A DNA stretch of 64,000 nucleotides from Alphaproteobacteria bacterium (GCA_965214705.1 OZ243972.1:864001-928000), one strand, 5' to 3'. Shown: positions 41,371-51,661, counted from the stretch's first letter. Numbers and translations are program-made. The notes: generated by a model not told the origin, from the sequence alone.

Positions 41371-42144
41371 CTATTCCGCCGTGTAGCCGCCGTCGATCAC
41401 CAGCTCGGTGCCGGTGACGAACTTGGATTCGTCCGAAGCCAGATAGACCACGCCGTTGGCGATGTCGTTGGGCTCGCCGACATGGCCGATCGGGTGCAGC
41501 TTGCCGAACTCCTCCGGCCCCGCGGCCGCGTTGCCGAACATGCGGGTCGCGGTCTCGTCCATCATCGGCGTGTGGATGAAGGCGGGGTGGATCGAGTTGA
41601 CGCGGACGCCGCTGCCGTCGCGCGCGCATTCCAGCGCCACGCACTTGGTGAAGTAGCGGACCGCGCCCTTGGACGCGGTGTAGGCGGCGAGGTGCGCCGT
41701 GCCGACCATGCCGAGCACCGACGACATGTTGATGATGGAGCCGCCGCCGGAGTCTCGCATCGCGGGGATCGCGCTCCGGGTGCCGAGAAAGACCCCGTCG
41801 GCGTTGACCGCCATGATCTGGCGCCAGGTCTGCAGCGAGACATCGGCGATGGGCTCGGCGCGGGTGATGCCGGCGTTGTTGAAGAGAATGTCGAGTCGGC
41901 CGTGCTCCGCCACCACGCTCTCGACTGTCGCCTGCCAGGCGGCTTCGTCGATCACGTCGAGCGGCTGGAACCGGGCTGTGCCGCCCGCCGCGGCGATGGC
42001 CTCGACCACCTCCGCTCCGCGGCCCTCGTCTCGCCCCGTCACCAGCACCGCCGCGCCTTCCTCGGCCATGCGCACCGCCGAAGCGGCGCCGAGCCCGCTG
42101 GTCGCCCCGGTCACGATCGCTACCTTACCTGCCAACCTCGCCAT
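41371..42144 (-). CDS. Short-chain dehydrogenase/reductase
   Basis: TGATSGLG, NNAG, YTASKG, IDGG. Confidence 0.95.
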   Translation of the reverse strand: MARLAGKVAIVTGATSGLGAASAVRMAEEGAAVLVTGRDEGRGAEVVEAIAAAGGTARFQPLDVIDEAAWQATVESVVAEHGRLDILFNNAGITRAEPIADVSLQTWRQIMAVNADGVFLGTRSAIPAMRDSGGGSIINMSSVLGMVGTAHLAAYTASKGAVRYFTKCVALECARDGSGVRVNSIHPAFIHTPMMDETATRMFGNAAAGPEEFGKLHPIGHVGEPNDIANGVVYLASDESKFVTGTELVIDGGYTAE

Positions 42145-42273
42145 TACCCGCCTCATACCCCGCAAGGGCATTGCATGTGCTGCGCCCCGCATATCGACGC
42201 GTATCGAATTGAGAGTAACATTGCAGACTATACCCGCGCAGGCGCTGCCTGCGTTCCAAAAGGTCGCGCACCC

Positions 42274-43971
42274 ATGGCGGACGGGAACGGCGCTCTCGGC
42301 GACAACGTCTACCGGGCGGACCGGAATCTTCAGGCCCTCCTGCAGCGCAGCGCGCCCTGGCTCACCGACGACGACACCGAGCGGCTGAGCGGCTTCGGCG
42401 GCTGGGTAGCAACGGCCGTCGACGAACAGGCCGACTACACCAACCGCTTCGCGCGGCCGGTCCTCGAGACCCTGGATGAAGACGGCCTCCCCCGTTCCGT
42501 GGTCCGCCACAATCCGCTCTACGCCGCAGCGCACCGCGAGGTCTACGAGCGAGGCATCGTCGGGCTCAACTACGGCCCGGAGAGGCGCCCCTACACGCTG
42601 ACCTTCGCGATGGGGTACCTGCTCGCGCAGTCCGACATCTCGATCCACTGCCCGGTGACTCTGACCGGCGCAGTCGCCCACGTGCTGGATCGTTTCGCGC
42701 CGGAGACGGTGCGCGACGCCTACTTGCCCCGGCTTGTGCGTACGGACGGCAAGGCGCTGACTGGCGGCACCTGGGTCACCGAGAAGCAGGGCGGCAGCGA
42801 TGTCGGCGCCACCGAGACCGCGGCGCGGCGCACCAACGACGGCATCCGGCTCAGCGGGCTCAAGTGGTTCGCCAGCAATGTCGATGGTGGGCTCGCGCTT
42901 GCCCTCGCCCGGCCAGAGGGCGCCGCGGGCGGCGGCAGTGGGCTCGGCCTCTATCTGGTGCCGGCGCGAGCGCCCGACGGCGCGCTCAATCGCTACCGGA
43001 TCAGGCGGCTCAAGGACAAGCTCGGCACCCGCGGCCTCGCCACCGGGGAGATCGAGCTGGAAGACGCCCATGCGGTGGAGGTGGCGCCGCCGCCGGACGG
43101 GCTCAAGACCATGATGGCCGCGCTCGGTTACAGCCGCATCCACAACGCCATGGCCTCTGCCGGCATCCAGCGGCGCGCGTTCGCCGAGGCGCTCGCCCAC
43201 GCCGAGACGCGCAGAGCGTTCGGCCACCGCCTCACCGCCTACCCGATGGTGCAGGACCAGCTGGTCGAAATGCAGGTGCGTGTGGAGGCGAGCGTGGCAC
43301 TGGCCTTCGCTGCGGCGCGCGCGTTCGACGAAGCGCAGAAGACACCGGCCGAGCAGCCCTGGATGCGTCTCGTCACCGCGCTCGCCAAGTATCTCACGGC
43401 GGAATGGGCAATCACCGCGACCAGCCGCGCGATCGAGATTCTGGGCGGCAACGGCTACACCGAGGAATACCCCACGGCCAGACTCTACCGCGATGCCCAG
43501 GTGCTCACCGTGTGGGAAGGGCCGCCCAACATCCAGGCGTTGGAGGTGCTGCGCCTCGCGAGTGCGGAGTCACCGGGGCTCGCCGCCTTCCACGCCAGAC
43601 TCGACACCATTCTCAACATGCCCCTCGCTGCCAACCATTCGGCCTTCGTGCGGGCCCGCGCGCTGATCTTCCAGGCCCGGCGCGAGGTGGCTGCGCTGAC
43701 GGCCCTGATCCGCGACGATGAGTCCGAAGGGCAGCGCCAGGCCCACAGGCTGATGGACCGCATGGCCAAGGGCTTGGCCGCGGCCCTATTGGTCGAGGAG
43801 GCAGCCGCCGATTGGGGTGCCGGCGATGCGCGCAAGGCAGTGGTCGCGCGCCTCTTCGCCGCGCAGGAGCTGGCGGCGCCGGAGCCGCCCAGGCCGGGCG
43901 AGAGCGAGGGCCAGCGATTCTTCGAGCCGCTCGCCCAATACGAGAAGATCGAGACGCCGCACCCGGATTGA
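42274..43971 (+). CDS. AidB-like acyl-CoA dehydrogenase family protein
   Basis: HCPVTLT, TEKQGGSDV, RLKDKLG, GGNGY, VWEGPPNIQAL. Confidence 0.9.
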   Translation: MADGNGALGDNVYRADRNLQALLQRSAPWLTDDDTERLSGFGGWVATAVDEQADYTNRFARPVLETLDEDGLPRSVVRHNPLYAAAHREVYERGIVGLNYGPERRPYTLTFAMGYLLAQSDISIHCPVTLTGAVAHVLDRFAPETVRDAYLPRLVRTDGKALTGGTWVTEKQGGSDVGATETAARRTNDGIRLSGLKWFASNVDGGLALALARPEGAAGGGSGLGLYLVPARAPDGALNRYRIRRLKDKLGTRGLATGEIELEDAHAVEVAPPPDGLKTMMAALGYSRIHNAMASAGIQRRAFAEALAHAETRRAFGHRLTAYPMVQDQLVEMQVRVEASVALAFAAARAFDEAQKTPAEQPWMRLVTALAKYLTAEWAITATSRAIEILGGNGYTEEYPTARLYRDAQVLTVWEGPPNIQALEVLRLASAESPGLAAFHARLDTILNMPLAANHSAFVRARALIFQARREVAALTALIRDDESEGQRQAHRLMDRMAKGLAAALLVEEAAADWGAGDARKAVVARLFAAQELAAPEPPRPGESEGQRFFEPLAQYEKIETPHPD

Positions 43972-44076
43972 CCACATCGTCAGCCCGGCGGTGGAAAACG
44001 CCTATCCGGCCGCCGCCGCCGCGTGCTATGTGCTGGGCTTGCTAACGGAGCGGGCGCGCGTTTGCGGAGCGAAGGG

Positions 44077-44850
44077 ATGGAGATCAACGGCAAGTCAATC
44101 GCGGTTGAGCAGCATGGCGACGGCGACGCGGTGGTCATGGTCCACGGCCTCGGCGGCACCAGCAACACCTGGTATCCGCAGGTGGGACCGCTCGCCCGAT
44201 TCTTCCGGGTGATTCGGCCCGATCTCGAGGGCTCCGGCCGCTCGCCTGTCACGGGTGCCCTCTCCATCGCCTCCTTCGCCGCCGACGTGGTCGCGGTGAT
44301 GGATGAGCTGGATATCTCGACCGCTCATCTCTGCGGCCACTCCATGGGCACGATCGTCTGCCAGCACATCGCCGCCGCGCAGCCTGAGCGGGTGAAGAGC
44401 CTCGCGCTCCTCGGTCCGTTGGCAGAACCGCCCGAGCCGGCGCGCCAAGCGATCCGCGACCGCGCGGCTGTCGCACGCGAGAAGGGCATGACGCCGATTG
44501 CGGACACCCTGGTGGAAGTCGCGATCTCGGCCGACACGAGAGCGCACTATCCGGCGTCGGCCGCCTTCGTCCGCGAGATTCTCATGGGCCAGGATGCGGA
44601 GGGCTACGCGCGCACCTGCGAGGCGCTTGCCGCAGCGACGAGCGCAGACCTCGCCAGCATCCGCTGCCCCACGCTGCTGATCACCGGCGACGAGGATGGC
44701 GTCTCGCCGCCGCCGGCAGTGAAGGCCCTGAGCAGCAAGATCAAGGGTTCCCGCGTTGCCGTGCTGCCCGGCTGCGGTCACTGGACCCCGATCGAGAAGC
44801 CGGCTCAAGTCAATGGGTTGATTCTAAACCTCTATTACAGCTTCAGTTAG
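44077..44850 (+). CDS. Alpha/beta hydrolase (PcaD-like)
   Basis: VHGLGG, GHSMG, GDED, GHW. Confidence 0.92.
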   Translation: MEINGKSIAVEQHGDGDAVVMVHGLGGTSNTWYPQVGPLARFFRVIRPDLEGSGRSPVTGALSIASFAADVVAVMDELDISTAHLCGHSMGTIVCQHIAAAQPERVKSLALLGPLAEPPEPARQAIRDRAAVAREKGMTPIADTLVEVAISADTRAHYPASAAFVREILMGQDAEGYARTCEALAAATSADLASIRCPTLLITGDEDGVSPPPAVKALSSKIKGSRVAVLPGCGHWTPIEKPAQVNGLILNLYYSFS

Positions 44851-44858
44851 GTAGGGCC

Positions 44859-45356
44859 ATGGCGACGAGAAAGCAGGGCAATCGGGAGAGCGCACAGACG
44901 CGTTCCCGCAAGAGTTCGGGCAAAGCTCGGCCGCCCGCCGCCAGGCGATCCTCTCGCGCCGGGCGGACCGCGGCGTCGTCCGGCGCCGCGCCGGCGACCT
45001 TTTATGTCTGCCGCTCCTGCGTGTGGTCCGAAACCGCGCGGGAGCGCGACGGCAAGCGCCAGGGCACGTTCCTGCTGGAGGCGGTGCGCCAACTGATCGA
45101 GGACGAGCCGCTGCCGGAGGCGCTAAACCTGCGCGCGGTCTATTGCCTGAACGGCTGCAAGAGCCCGTGCAATGTGGGCTTCCGCTCTGCTGGCAAGCAC
45201 CACGTGCGCTTCAGTCATTTGACGCCAGAGAACGCGGCGGACGTCATCGCCTACGCGCGTGCCTACCAGACGAACGCGACCGGCGAAGTCTCCGAGGACG
45301 AGACGCCGACGGCAATGCGCGGCAAGATGACGGTGCACACCCCGCCGATCGGCTAA
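44859..45356 (+). CDS. DUF1636 family putative metal-binding protein
   Basis: VCRSC...VYCLNGCKSPCNVGF...GK. Confidence 0.8.
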   Translation: MATRKQGNRESAQTRSRKSSGKARPPAARRSSRAGRTAASSGAAPATFYVCRSCVWSETARERDGKRQGTFLLEAVRQLIEDEPLPEALNLRAVYCLNGCKSPCNVGFRSAGKHHVRFSHLTPENAADVIAYARAYQTNATGEVSEDETPTAMRGKMTVHTPPIG

Positions 45357-45365
45357 CGGTGCCTT

Positions 45366-45947
45366 TTAGTTGGGCCGGGTAGCCGCTTCGCCGGCATCGA
45401 TCTCCTGCTCCTCCAGTGGGGCACCGGCATAGCGCCGGTTGGCCTCTCCCAAGGCACTGCGCAGCGCCGCTACGAGGCTCGCCCGCTCCTCCGGCGCCAG
45501 GAACGGGCCGATCACGAGCGAACGGCCGTGCGAGGTGAGCGTGATCTGGCTGTGGTGCTCCACCGGCTCATCGAGGGCGACACGGAGCCAGTAGGGGTTG
45601 AAGCGCCATTCCGTCGTGCGGCCGTTGGGCGCAATCCGCCTGACCACGACCTCGTCTGCGGTGACACGGATGGTCTCCCGCAGGCGGCCCGAGCGATAGC
45701 TCAGCCGGAATGCGAGATAAAGTAGCGCGATGTCGAGGCCGAAGAAGCCGAGCACCGGCCACGCTCCCTGAAGCAGGAAGAAGACGCCGAGCCCGACACT
45801 GATGACGATGACGCCGGCCATGACCGCGATGAAACCAGCGCGCCCCAGCGAACGATTGGGTGCGAGCTCCGCATCGAATATGACCGTTGCGCCGGTTGCC
45901 TCTCCGCCGGCTGATTCGACGAATGGGGGCGACGGGGATTGGCTCAT
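45366..45947 (-). CDS. DUF2244 family membrane protein
   Basis: PNRSLGRAGF, GAWPVLGFFGLD, FNPYW, GPFLAPEER. Confidence 0.9.
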   Translation of the reverse strand: MSQSPSPPFVESAGGEATGATVIFDAELAPNRSLGRAGFIAVMAGVIVISVGLGVFFLLQGAWPVLGFFGLDIALLYLAFRLSYRSGRLRETIRVTADEVVVRRIAPNGRTTEWRFNPYWLRVALDEPVEHHSQITLTSHGRSLVIGPFLAPEERASLVAALRSALGEANRRYAGAPLEEQEIDAGEAATRPN

Positions 45948-46118
45948 GAGGCCAGCGTAACGGCTCCAGCGCGCGCCGGTAAAGCACGACCGCCAGTTTT
46001 CTCGACGCGAGGGCGATTATCAGGCCGCAAAGCCCCCTTTTTTGGGGTGAGGCCGCTTGACACAATTGGCCGAATCGCCGTCAACTCGGCAGCGACCTAT
46101 TGGAGCCAGGAGGAGGCT

Positions 46119-46448
46119 ATGCTCAAGAGATCGTGGGCGCTACGGATTGCCGTTGTCGCTCTTCCGTTGGCCGTCGCTGCAGGGTGTCAGTCCGCCGCCG
46201 AGCAGGAACAAGCGGCCGCTGCCATAGCCGGCGCCGAGGCGATGGCCACGGAAGCCATGCAAACCGCCAATCAGGCCCTGGTCGCGGTTGACGAGCTACG
46301 CGCCGCCGTGGACGCGGCCAACGAGAGCGCGGCGGCAGCGGCGGCAGCGGCAGAGGCTGCGGCCGGCTCGGCCGAGGCAGCGGCCGAGGCAGCGCAGGCG
46401 GCTGCGGACAAGGCCGACCGCATTTTCCAGAAGGGGATGCGCAAGTAG
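46119..46448 (+). CDS. Lpp/OprI-like alanine-zipper lipoprotein
   Basis: Lipobox AAGC, Ala-rich coiled coil, C-terminus ADRIFQKGMRK; AGGAGG RBS. Confidence 0.8.
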   Translation: MLKRSWALRIAVVALPLAVAAGCQSAAEQEQAAAAIAGAEAMATEAMQTANQALVAVDELRAAVDAANESAAAAAAAAEAAAGSAEAAAEAAQAAADKADRIFQKGMRK

Positions 46449-46453
46449 AGCCG

Positions 46454-46477
46454 GCAGGCGGCTCTCTCACGCCGCCT
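46454..46477. terminator. Hairpin between the convergent lipoprotein and L,D-transpeptidase genes
   Basis: CAGGCGGC-TCTCTCAC-GCCGCCTG, 8-bp stem. Confidence 0.35.
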
Positions 46478-46485
46478 GGCCCTGG

Positions 46486-47475
46486 CTAACTGGGAGTCGC
46501 TGAGCGGTCCACGGTGACTTGGACAGGGACGCCGGACCGTTCTTCGAAAGCCTTGCGAATGAGGTGCCAGTCCAGACGGTCCTGGGCGGCACCGGCTAGA
46601 GTCTTGATCCGGAAGAGAGCGTCGGCGCGAGAGCGCGCGTCGACGCTCTCTATTTGCCCGGTCCATTCCAGCTCGTCCGCCTGTTCGGCCTCGGGGTGTG
46701 CCTCCACATAGAGCTCACCGCCGTACCAGCCGATCTTGATCGCCTGACTGATGACCTGAACCGGCGTGCCGACCGGCACCAGCTCGAACAGCCGGGCAAT
46801 ATCCTCGGGATAGAGGCGGATGCATCCGTGGCTGACCCGCCGCCCGACTCCCCAAGGCATGTTCGTGCCGTGAATCAGATAGCTTGGCCAATCGAAATAG
46901 AGCGCGTGGCTGCCGAGCGGATTGTGCGGGCCCGGTGGAACCGCCTTGGGCAGATGCGGCTTCTCGGCACGGATCGATTCCGGCGGGAACCAGATCGGCC
47001 TTTCCTTCTTGCGCACGATTTCGGTGCTGCCGAGGGGCGTGGCCCACCCCTCCTTGCCCACGCCGAGCGGGAAGGTCTGAGGTACGGTGCCGTCTGGCCC
47101 GAAGTAATAGAGGCGATGCTCCGCCAGGTTGACGACGAGGCCCCGCCGCTCGGCATCGGGCAGGACGTGCGCGGTCGGCAGAACGATCGGCGTGTTCTCG
47201 CCGGGAACCCAGGGGTCGATGCCCTGGTTGGCCGCTATCATCTCGACATAACCGAGGCCGTTGGCGCGCGCGAGGTCGAGCAATGTGTCTTCGTAGGCGG
47301 CGACGACATGGCGCAGCGTGCCGATCATGTCGCTTGACAGGCGCTCGTCCTCGGTCTCGAGCGCCGCAGCACCGCCGACTGCAGGCTCCGGCTCTTCGGC
47401 CCCGCTGGCCGCTGCCCACGTCAGTGCCGCCACCATGACAGTTACGATGGAGAGAGTGGTCTGTCGCCGCTTCAT
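46486..47475 (-). CDS. L,D-transpeptidase (ErfK/YbiS/YcfS/YnhG family)
   Basis: Signal peptide, LysM-like region, VNLAEHRLYY, GPHNPLG, IHGTN...SHGCIRL. Confidence 0.93.
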   Translation of the reverse strand: MKRRQTTLSIVTVMVAALTWAAASGAEEPEPAVGGAAALETEDERLSSDMIGTLRHVVAAYEDTLLDLARANGLGYVEMIAANQGIDPWVPGENTPIVLPTAHVLPDAERRGLVVNLAEHRLYYFGPDGTVPQTFPLGVGKEGWATPLGSTEIVRKKERPIWFPPESIRAEKPHLPKAVPPGPHNPLGSHALYFDWPSYLIHGTNMPWGVGRRVSHGCIRLYPEDIARLFELVPVGTPVQVISQAIKIGWYGGELYVEAHPEAEQADELEWTGQIESVDARSRADALFRIKTLAGAAQDRLDWHLIRKAFEERSGVPVQVTVDRSATPS

Positions 47476-47487
47476 CGATTTCCGAGC

Positions 47488-48357
47488 CTAAGCGGGGCCA
47501 CCGCTTTCCACTGGCGCGTCCGCACGACTCCCCCAATCGCTCCAGGAACCGTCGTAGACGGCGACCTCTTCGGCACCGATTGCGACGAGCGCCAATGCGA
47601 GCGTGCACGCGGTGATGCCCGACCCGCAGGTGGCGATGACAGGCCGGGAGGGGTCGACGCCGGCGTCGGCGAACGCGCGGCGTATGGCGGTAGTGTAGTT
47701 CAGCGCCCCGTCGTCATCATCAAGAACAGCGTTGAAGGGGACGTTGCGGCTGCCGGGAATGTGGCCGCGCGGAAGGTCGGGCCTCGGCCCCGGATCCTCG
47801 CCCGTGAAGCGGGCGGCGGCGCGTGCGTCAACGATCTGCGCGCTGCCTGTGCCAAGCGTGGCGCGGACCTGTTCGAACGAGCGGACCAGCGTGTCGTCGC
47901 GGCCCCGCGCCGTGAACGATCCCGGCGCGATCATAGGCTCGCCGCTCTCCACCGGGTGGCCTTCCGCCTGCCAGCGCGGCAGGCCGCCGGCAAGGATCGA
48001 GACGCGATCGTGTCCGAAGACGCGGAACATCCACCACACGCGCGCCGCGCTGTAGAGGCCCACGGTGTCATAGACGACGACGTGCGAGTCATCGCTGACG
48101 CCCAGCGCCGAGACGCTCTCCGCGAAAAGCTCCGGCGACGGCAACATGTGTGGCAGCGACGAGTCGGGATTGCAGATGCCGTCGATGTCGAAGAAGGCAG
48201 CGCCCGGAATGTGCGCCTCCAGGAACTCGGCGGCCGGATCGCGCGCCATCGTCGGCAGATGCCACGAGCCGTCCAGCACCCGCACCCGGCTACCCGCGCC
48301 ACCCTCTGCGGCGAGCCAGCTCGATGTCACGACCAGCGGCGTTTCGTCTCCGCTCAT
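47488..48357 (-). CDS. sseA: 3-mercaptopyruvate sulfurtransferase
   Basis: AHIPGA, LPHMLPS, CGSGITA, YDGSWSDW. Confidence 0.92.
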   Translation of the reverse strand: MSGDETPLVVTSSWLAAEGGAGSRVRVLDGSWHLPTMARDPAAEFLEAHIPGAAFFDIDGICNPDSSLPHMLPSPELFAESVSALGVSDDSHVVVYDTVGLYSAARVWWMFRVFGHDRVSILAGGLPRWQAEGHPVESGEPMIAPGSFTARGRDDTLVRSFEQVRATLGTGSAQIVDARAAARFTGEDPGPRPDLPRGHIPGSRNVPFNAVLDDDDGALNYTTAIRRAFADAGVDPSRPVIATCGSGITACTLALALVAIGAEEVAVYDGSWSDWGSRADAPVESGGPA

Positions 48358-49073
48358 GACGGGTCCCTAAAGGCGAGCGTGACGCGCCGGTTGTGCCGGC
48401 CCTTGTTCTCGATCTTGCGGACGATGACCGGCCCGATCTCGCCCGTGCGCGCGACATGGGTACCACCGCAAGGCTGTAGGTCGATCCCCTCGACATTGAT
48501 CACCCTGACCTGGCCCTGGCCAGTGGGTGGCTTTACTCGCATGGTCTTGACCAGCTCTGGCTGCACTTCGAGTGCTTCGTCGCTCATCCAACGTGCCGCG
48601 ACCGGAAGGTCGCGTGCGATGAGCGCGTTGAGCTCGTCCTGGACCACCGACTTCTCCAGCTTGGTATCGACATCGAAGTCGAGGCGCCCTTTCTCCGCCG
48701 AGAGTTGCCCGCCAGTCACCGGCGCGTCGATCACGGCGCTCAGCAAATGCAGGCAGGTATGCATGCGCATGTGGCGATAGCGGCGTTCCCAGTCAAGCTC
48801 GGCAACCACGCGGCTTCCCGGCGCCGGCGGCGGGGTGTCGGGATCGATCAGATGGAGGATGTCGTCGGCGCCCTCGCCCTTGCGCGTGTCGCGCACCGCG
48901 AACACGGTGCCGTCGTCCGCGCGCAGGACGCCGGTATCGCCGGGCTGACCGCCGCCTTCGGGGTAGAAGACCGTGCGGTCGAGCCTCACCGCATCGCCGT
49001 CAACCGCGCTGACTCGTGCCTCGCAGGTGCGGGTGTAGGGCTCGGCGCGAAACAGCAGTTCAGTCGGCGGCAT
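48354..49073 (-). CDS. alaX: Alanyl-tRNA editing protein AlaX
   Basis: FYPEGGGQPGD, HMRMHTCLH, QPCGGTH. Confidence 0.92.
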   Translation of the reverse strand: MPPTELLFRAEPYTRTCEARVSAVDGDAVRLDRTVFYPEGGGQPGDTGVLRADDGTVFAVRDTRKGEGADDILHLIDPDTPPPAPGSRVVAELDWERRYRHMRMHTCLHLLSAVIDAPVTGGQLSAEKGRLDFDVDTKLEKSVVQDELNALIARDLPVAARWMSDEALEVQPELVKTMRVKPPTGQGQVRVINVEGIDLQPCGGTHVARTGEIGPVIVRKIENKGRHNRRVTLAFRDPS

Positions 49074-50082
49074 CGGGTGCGTCGTCGAGCCAGGGCGGCA
49101 CCGGCAAGTCGCGCTCGCGCAGGAACGCAGCGTTGAAGAGCTTGCTGAAATAGCGGGTGCCGTAGTCGCAGAGCACGGTGACGATGGTGTGGCCGGGGCC
49201 CATCTCCCTTGCCAGTCGGATCGCGCCAGCCACGTTGATCCCGGTCGAGCCGCCCATGATGTGGCCTTCGTTCTGCGCCAGATCGAAGATCACCGGCAAT
49301 GCCTCTGCATCCGGGATCTGGAATGGGACGTCGATCGGCGCGCCTTCGAGGTTGTCGGTGATCCGACCCTGGCCGATCCCTTCGGTGATGGAGCTGCCCT
49401 CCGCCTTGAGCTCGCCGTGGGCGTAGTGGTTGTAGAGCGCGGCGCCCATGGGGTCCGCGAGGCCGATCGTCACCGAGGGCTTGCGCTCCTTGAGCGCGAT
49501 GCCGACGCCTGCGAGCGTGCCACCGGTACCGACCGCGCAGATGAAGCCATCGATCTTGCCCCCGGTCTGCTCCCAAATCTCGGGCCCGGTAGTTTCGACA
49601 TGGGCCTGGCGGTTGGCCACGTTGTCGAACTGGTTGGCCCAGACCGCGCCGTTCGGCTCCGTCGCGGCGAGCTCATCGGCAAGGCGCCCGGAATACTTCA
49701 CGTAGTTGTTGGGATCGCGGTAGGGGACCGCCGGCACCTGGATCAGCTCCGCGCCGCAGAGCCGCAGCATGTCTTTCTTCTCCTGGCTCTGGGTCTCCGG
49801 AATCACGATTACCGAGCGGTAGCCGAGCGCGTTCCCCACGAGCGCAAGCCCGATGCCGGTGTTGCCGGCGGTGCCTTCGACGATGGTCCCGCCGGGCTTG
49901 AGCACGCCCCGCCGCTCGGCGTCGCGCACGATGAAGAGCGCGGCGCGGTCCTTGACCGAGCCGCCGGGGTTCAGGAACTCGCACTTGCCGAGGATCTCGC
50001 AGCCGGTGGCCTCGGAGGGGCCGTGCAGGCGGATCAGCGGCGTGTTTCCGATCAGTTCAACGAAACCCGGTACGGCTGTCAT
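49060..50082 (-). CDS. cysK: Cysteine synthase A
   Basis: NPGGSVKDR, TAGNTG, NQFDN, GTGGT. Confidence 0.92.
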   Translation of the reverse strand: MTAVPGFVELIGNTPLIRLHGPSEATGCEILGKCEFLNPGGSVKDRAALFIVRDAERRGVLKPGGTIVEGTAGNTGIGLALVGNALGYRSVIVIPETQSQEKKDMLRLCGAELIQVPAVPYRDPNNYVKYSGRLADELAATEPNGAVWANQFDNVANRQAHVETTGPEIWEQTGGKIDGFICAVGTGGTLAGVGIALKERKPSVTIGLADPMGAALYNHYAHGELKAEGSSITEGIGQGRITDNLEGAPIDVPFQIPDAEALPVIFDLAQNEGHIMGGSTGINVAGAIRLAREMGPGHTIVTVLCDYGTRYFSKLFNAAFLRERDLPVPPWLDDAPDAAD

Positions 50083-50259
50083 GGCACCCCACGCCCCCGA
50101 AGAAAGCGGCGCACCCTAGCCCGGATTTCTTACCGATGTCACGGCCTGCGACTGCGGCGCCGATCAAGCAGCGCCCTTGGGCAGCCTTGTTCGCTACCGG
50201 ACACACCGCTAGAGTAACGTTCGTCAATCTGACCCCTGAGACTGTCGAGGCAGCCCACC

Positions 50260-50499
50260 ATGAGCGAACCCGTCGTCGCCCAGGCGGAACCCTATGAAAC
50301 CGAGCTTGTCGCCGGAGAGAAGTATTTCTGGTGCGCCTGCGGCCTGAGCGCGACCCAGCCCTTCTGTGACGGCTCCCACAAGGTGACCGACATCCGCCCG
50401 ATCGTCTTCACCGCCGAAGAAAGCGAGACAGCGTGGCTCTGCGGCTGCAAGCAGACCGGGAGCAAGCCGCACTGCGACGGCACCCACAACACGCTCTGA
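50260..50499 (+). CDS. CDGSH iron-sulfur domain protein (two motifs)
   Basis: WCACGLS..QPFCDGSH and LCGCK....PHCDGTH. Confidence 0.93.
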   Translation: MSEPVVAQAEPYETELVAGEKYFWCACGLSATQPFCDGSHKVTDIRPIVFTAEESETAWLCGCKQTGSKPHCDGTHNTL

Positions 50500-50525
50500 A
50501 AACGCGTCCGCGCGCCGGACAAGCC

Positions 50526-51092
50526 GTGGGCAGCGAATCTCGCCATTGGCGCCGCGGCGCGGCAAGCGCGGGCGGGGTGCTCCTCGCTACAGCCTTGGTG
50601 GTCGCGCTCACCGGCTGCAATCCGTTCGCTGACCCGCCGCCCTGCCCCAGAGTCAGCATTCTGAAGGAAGCGCGCCTGCTTACCCTCTACGGCGACGGGC
50701 CGGGGCGCGAAGCGCCTGACGTGGCCTTCGACTTGGAGCTTCGCAACGTGACCTCCGACTGCGACTATGATCTCGACGACAGTGGCGGCGGCGTGGAGGT
50801 CACATTCGCGCTGCCGATCCGCGCACTGCGCGGGCCCGCGGCAGAAAGCGACAGGGTGAGCGTGCCCTTCTTCGTCGCGCTTACCGACCCGAGCCGGCAA
50901 ATCGTCACCAAAGAGGTCTTCACGGCGGAGATCGCCTTCGAGGCCGACAGCACAAGTGCCCGGACGGTGGAGGAGATGGAGCAGTGGATCCCCCTCGGGC
51001 CGGGCGAAATCGGGGCGAGATACGAGACGCTGGTCGGCTTCCAGCTCACTGCCGTACAGCTCGAGGAATCTCAGCGACCCAAGACACAGTGA
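50526..51092 (+). CDS. Hypothetical lipoprotein
   Basis: Lipobox LTGC, CPRVSIL, VPFFVAL, VGFQLT. Confidence 0.7.
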   Translation: MGSESRHWRRGAASAGGVLLATALVVALTGCNPFADPPPCPRVSILKEARLLTLYGDGPGREAPDVAFDLELRNVTSDCDYDLDDSGGGVEVTFALPIRALRGPAAESDRVSVPFFVALTDPSRQIVTKEVFTAEIAFEADSTSARTVEEMEQWIPLGPGEIGARYETLVGFQLTAVQLEESQRPKTQ

Positions 51093-51220
51093 AGCGTGCG
51101 CCGCACGTTCGAGACGGTTTCGGATCGCAGTCGCCGCGCTGAACCGTGGCGACTGCCTTGTCACGCCAGCCGGCGCTTTCTACCATGCGCACGATCGCCC
51201 GGCGGAGAGGAGCCCACGCC

Positions 51221-51661
51221 ATGACCAAGGCCCAGACTGCTGCGGCTGCAAGCCCGGCCACCCCGGAGCCGCCGTTCACCCTTGTCAGGAGGGATGACCC
51301 CACCTTCGTGCCGGGACGGCGCGACTTCATGACGTACCGCGACCTCGGCGTCACGGCGGCGAGCGACGGACGTATCCGGGCGCAGATCACCTCAGCCAAG
51401 GTGGGGCTCACGCGGCCCACCGGTTGGCACACACATATCTGCAAGGGGCAGATCGTCTACATGCTGAGCGGCTGGATCGACCTCGCCTTCGAGCACGAGA
51501 CCATCCGCATCGAGGAAGGAGATTCGCTCTACATTCCAGGCGGCACGCCGCATAACGAGGTCGCGACCTCGGACAGCTTTGACCTGATCGAAATCTCCGT
51601 GCCCGCCGACATGGGCACAGAGCCCTGCGATCCGCCACCGAATTGGCGCGGGGACGAATAG
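51221..51661 (+). CDS. Cupin domain protein
   Basis: YRDLGV, TGWHTH, GGTPHNE. Confidence 0.88.
   Translation: MTKAQTAAAASPATPEPPFTLVRRDDPTFVPGRRDFMTYRDLGVTAASDGRIRAQITSAKVGLTRPTGWHTHICKGQIVYMLSGWIDLAFEHETIRIEEGDSLYIPGGTPHNEVATSDSFDLIEISVPADMGTEPCDPPPNWRGDE

Noticed and set aside
40357-42273. N-terminal extensions making 1204-aa and 618-aa ORFs
   Set aside because: They are antisense overlaps of real genes; true starts are 42274 (+) and 42144 (-).
46290-46415. GCGGCA-rich repeats considered as a CRISPR array or VNTR
   Set aside because: These are poly-Ala codons of the lipoprotein. No repeat-spacer array was seen anywhere in the window.
47488-50082. cysK-alaX-sseA as a novel sulfur/tRNA system
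   Set aside because: This is a familiar alphaproteobacterial gene order with ordinary motifs.
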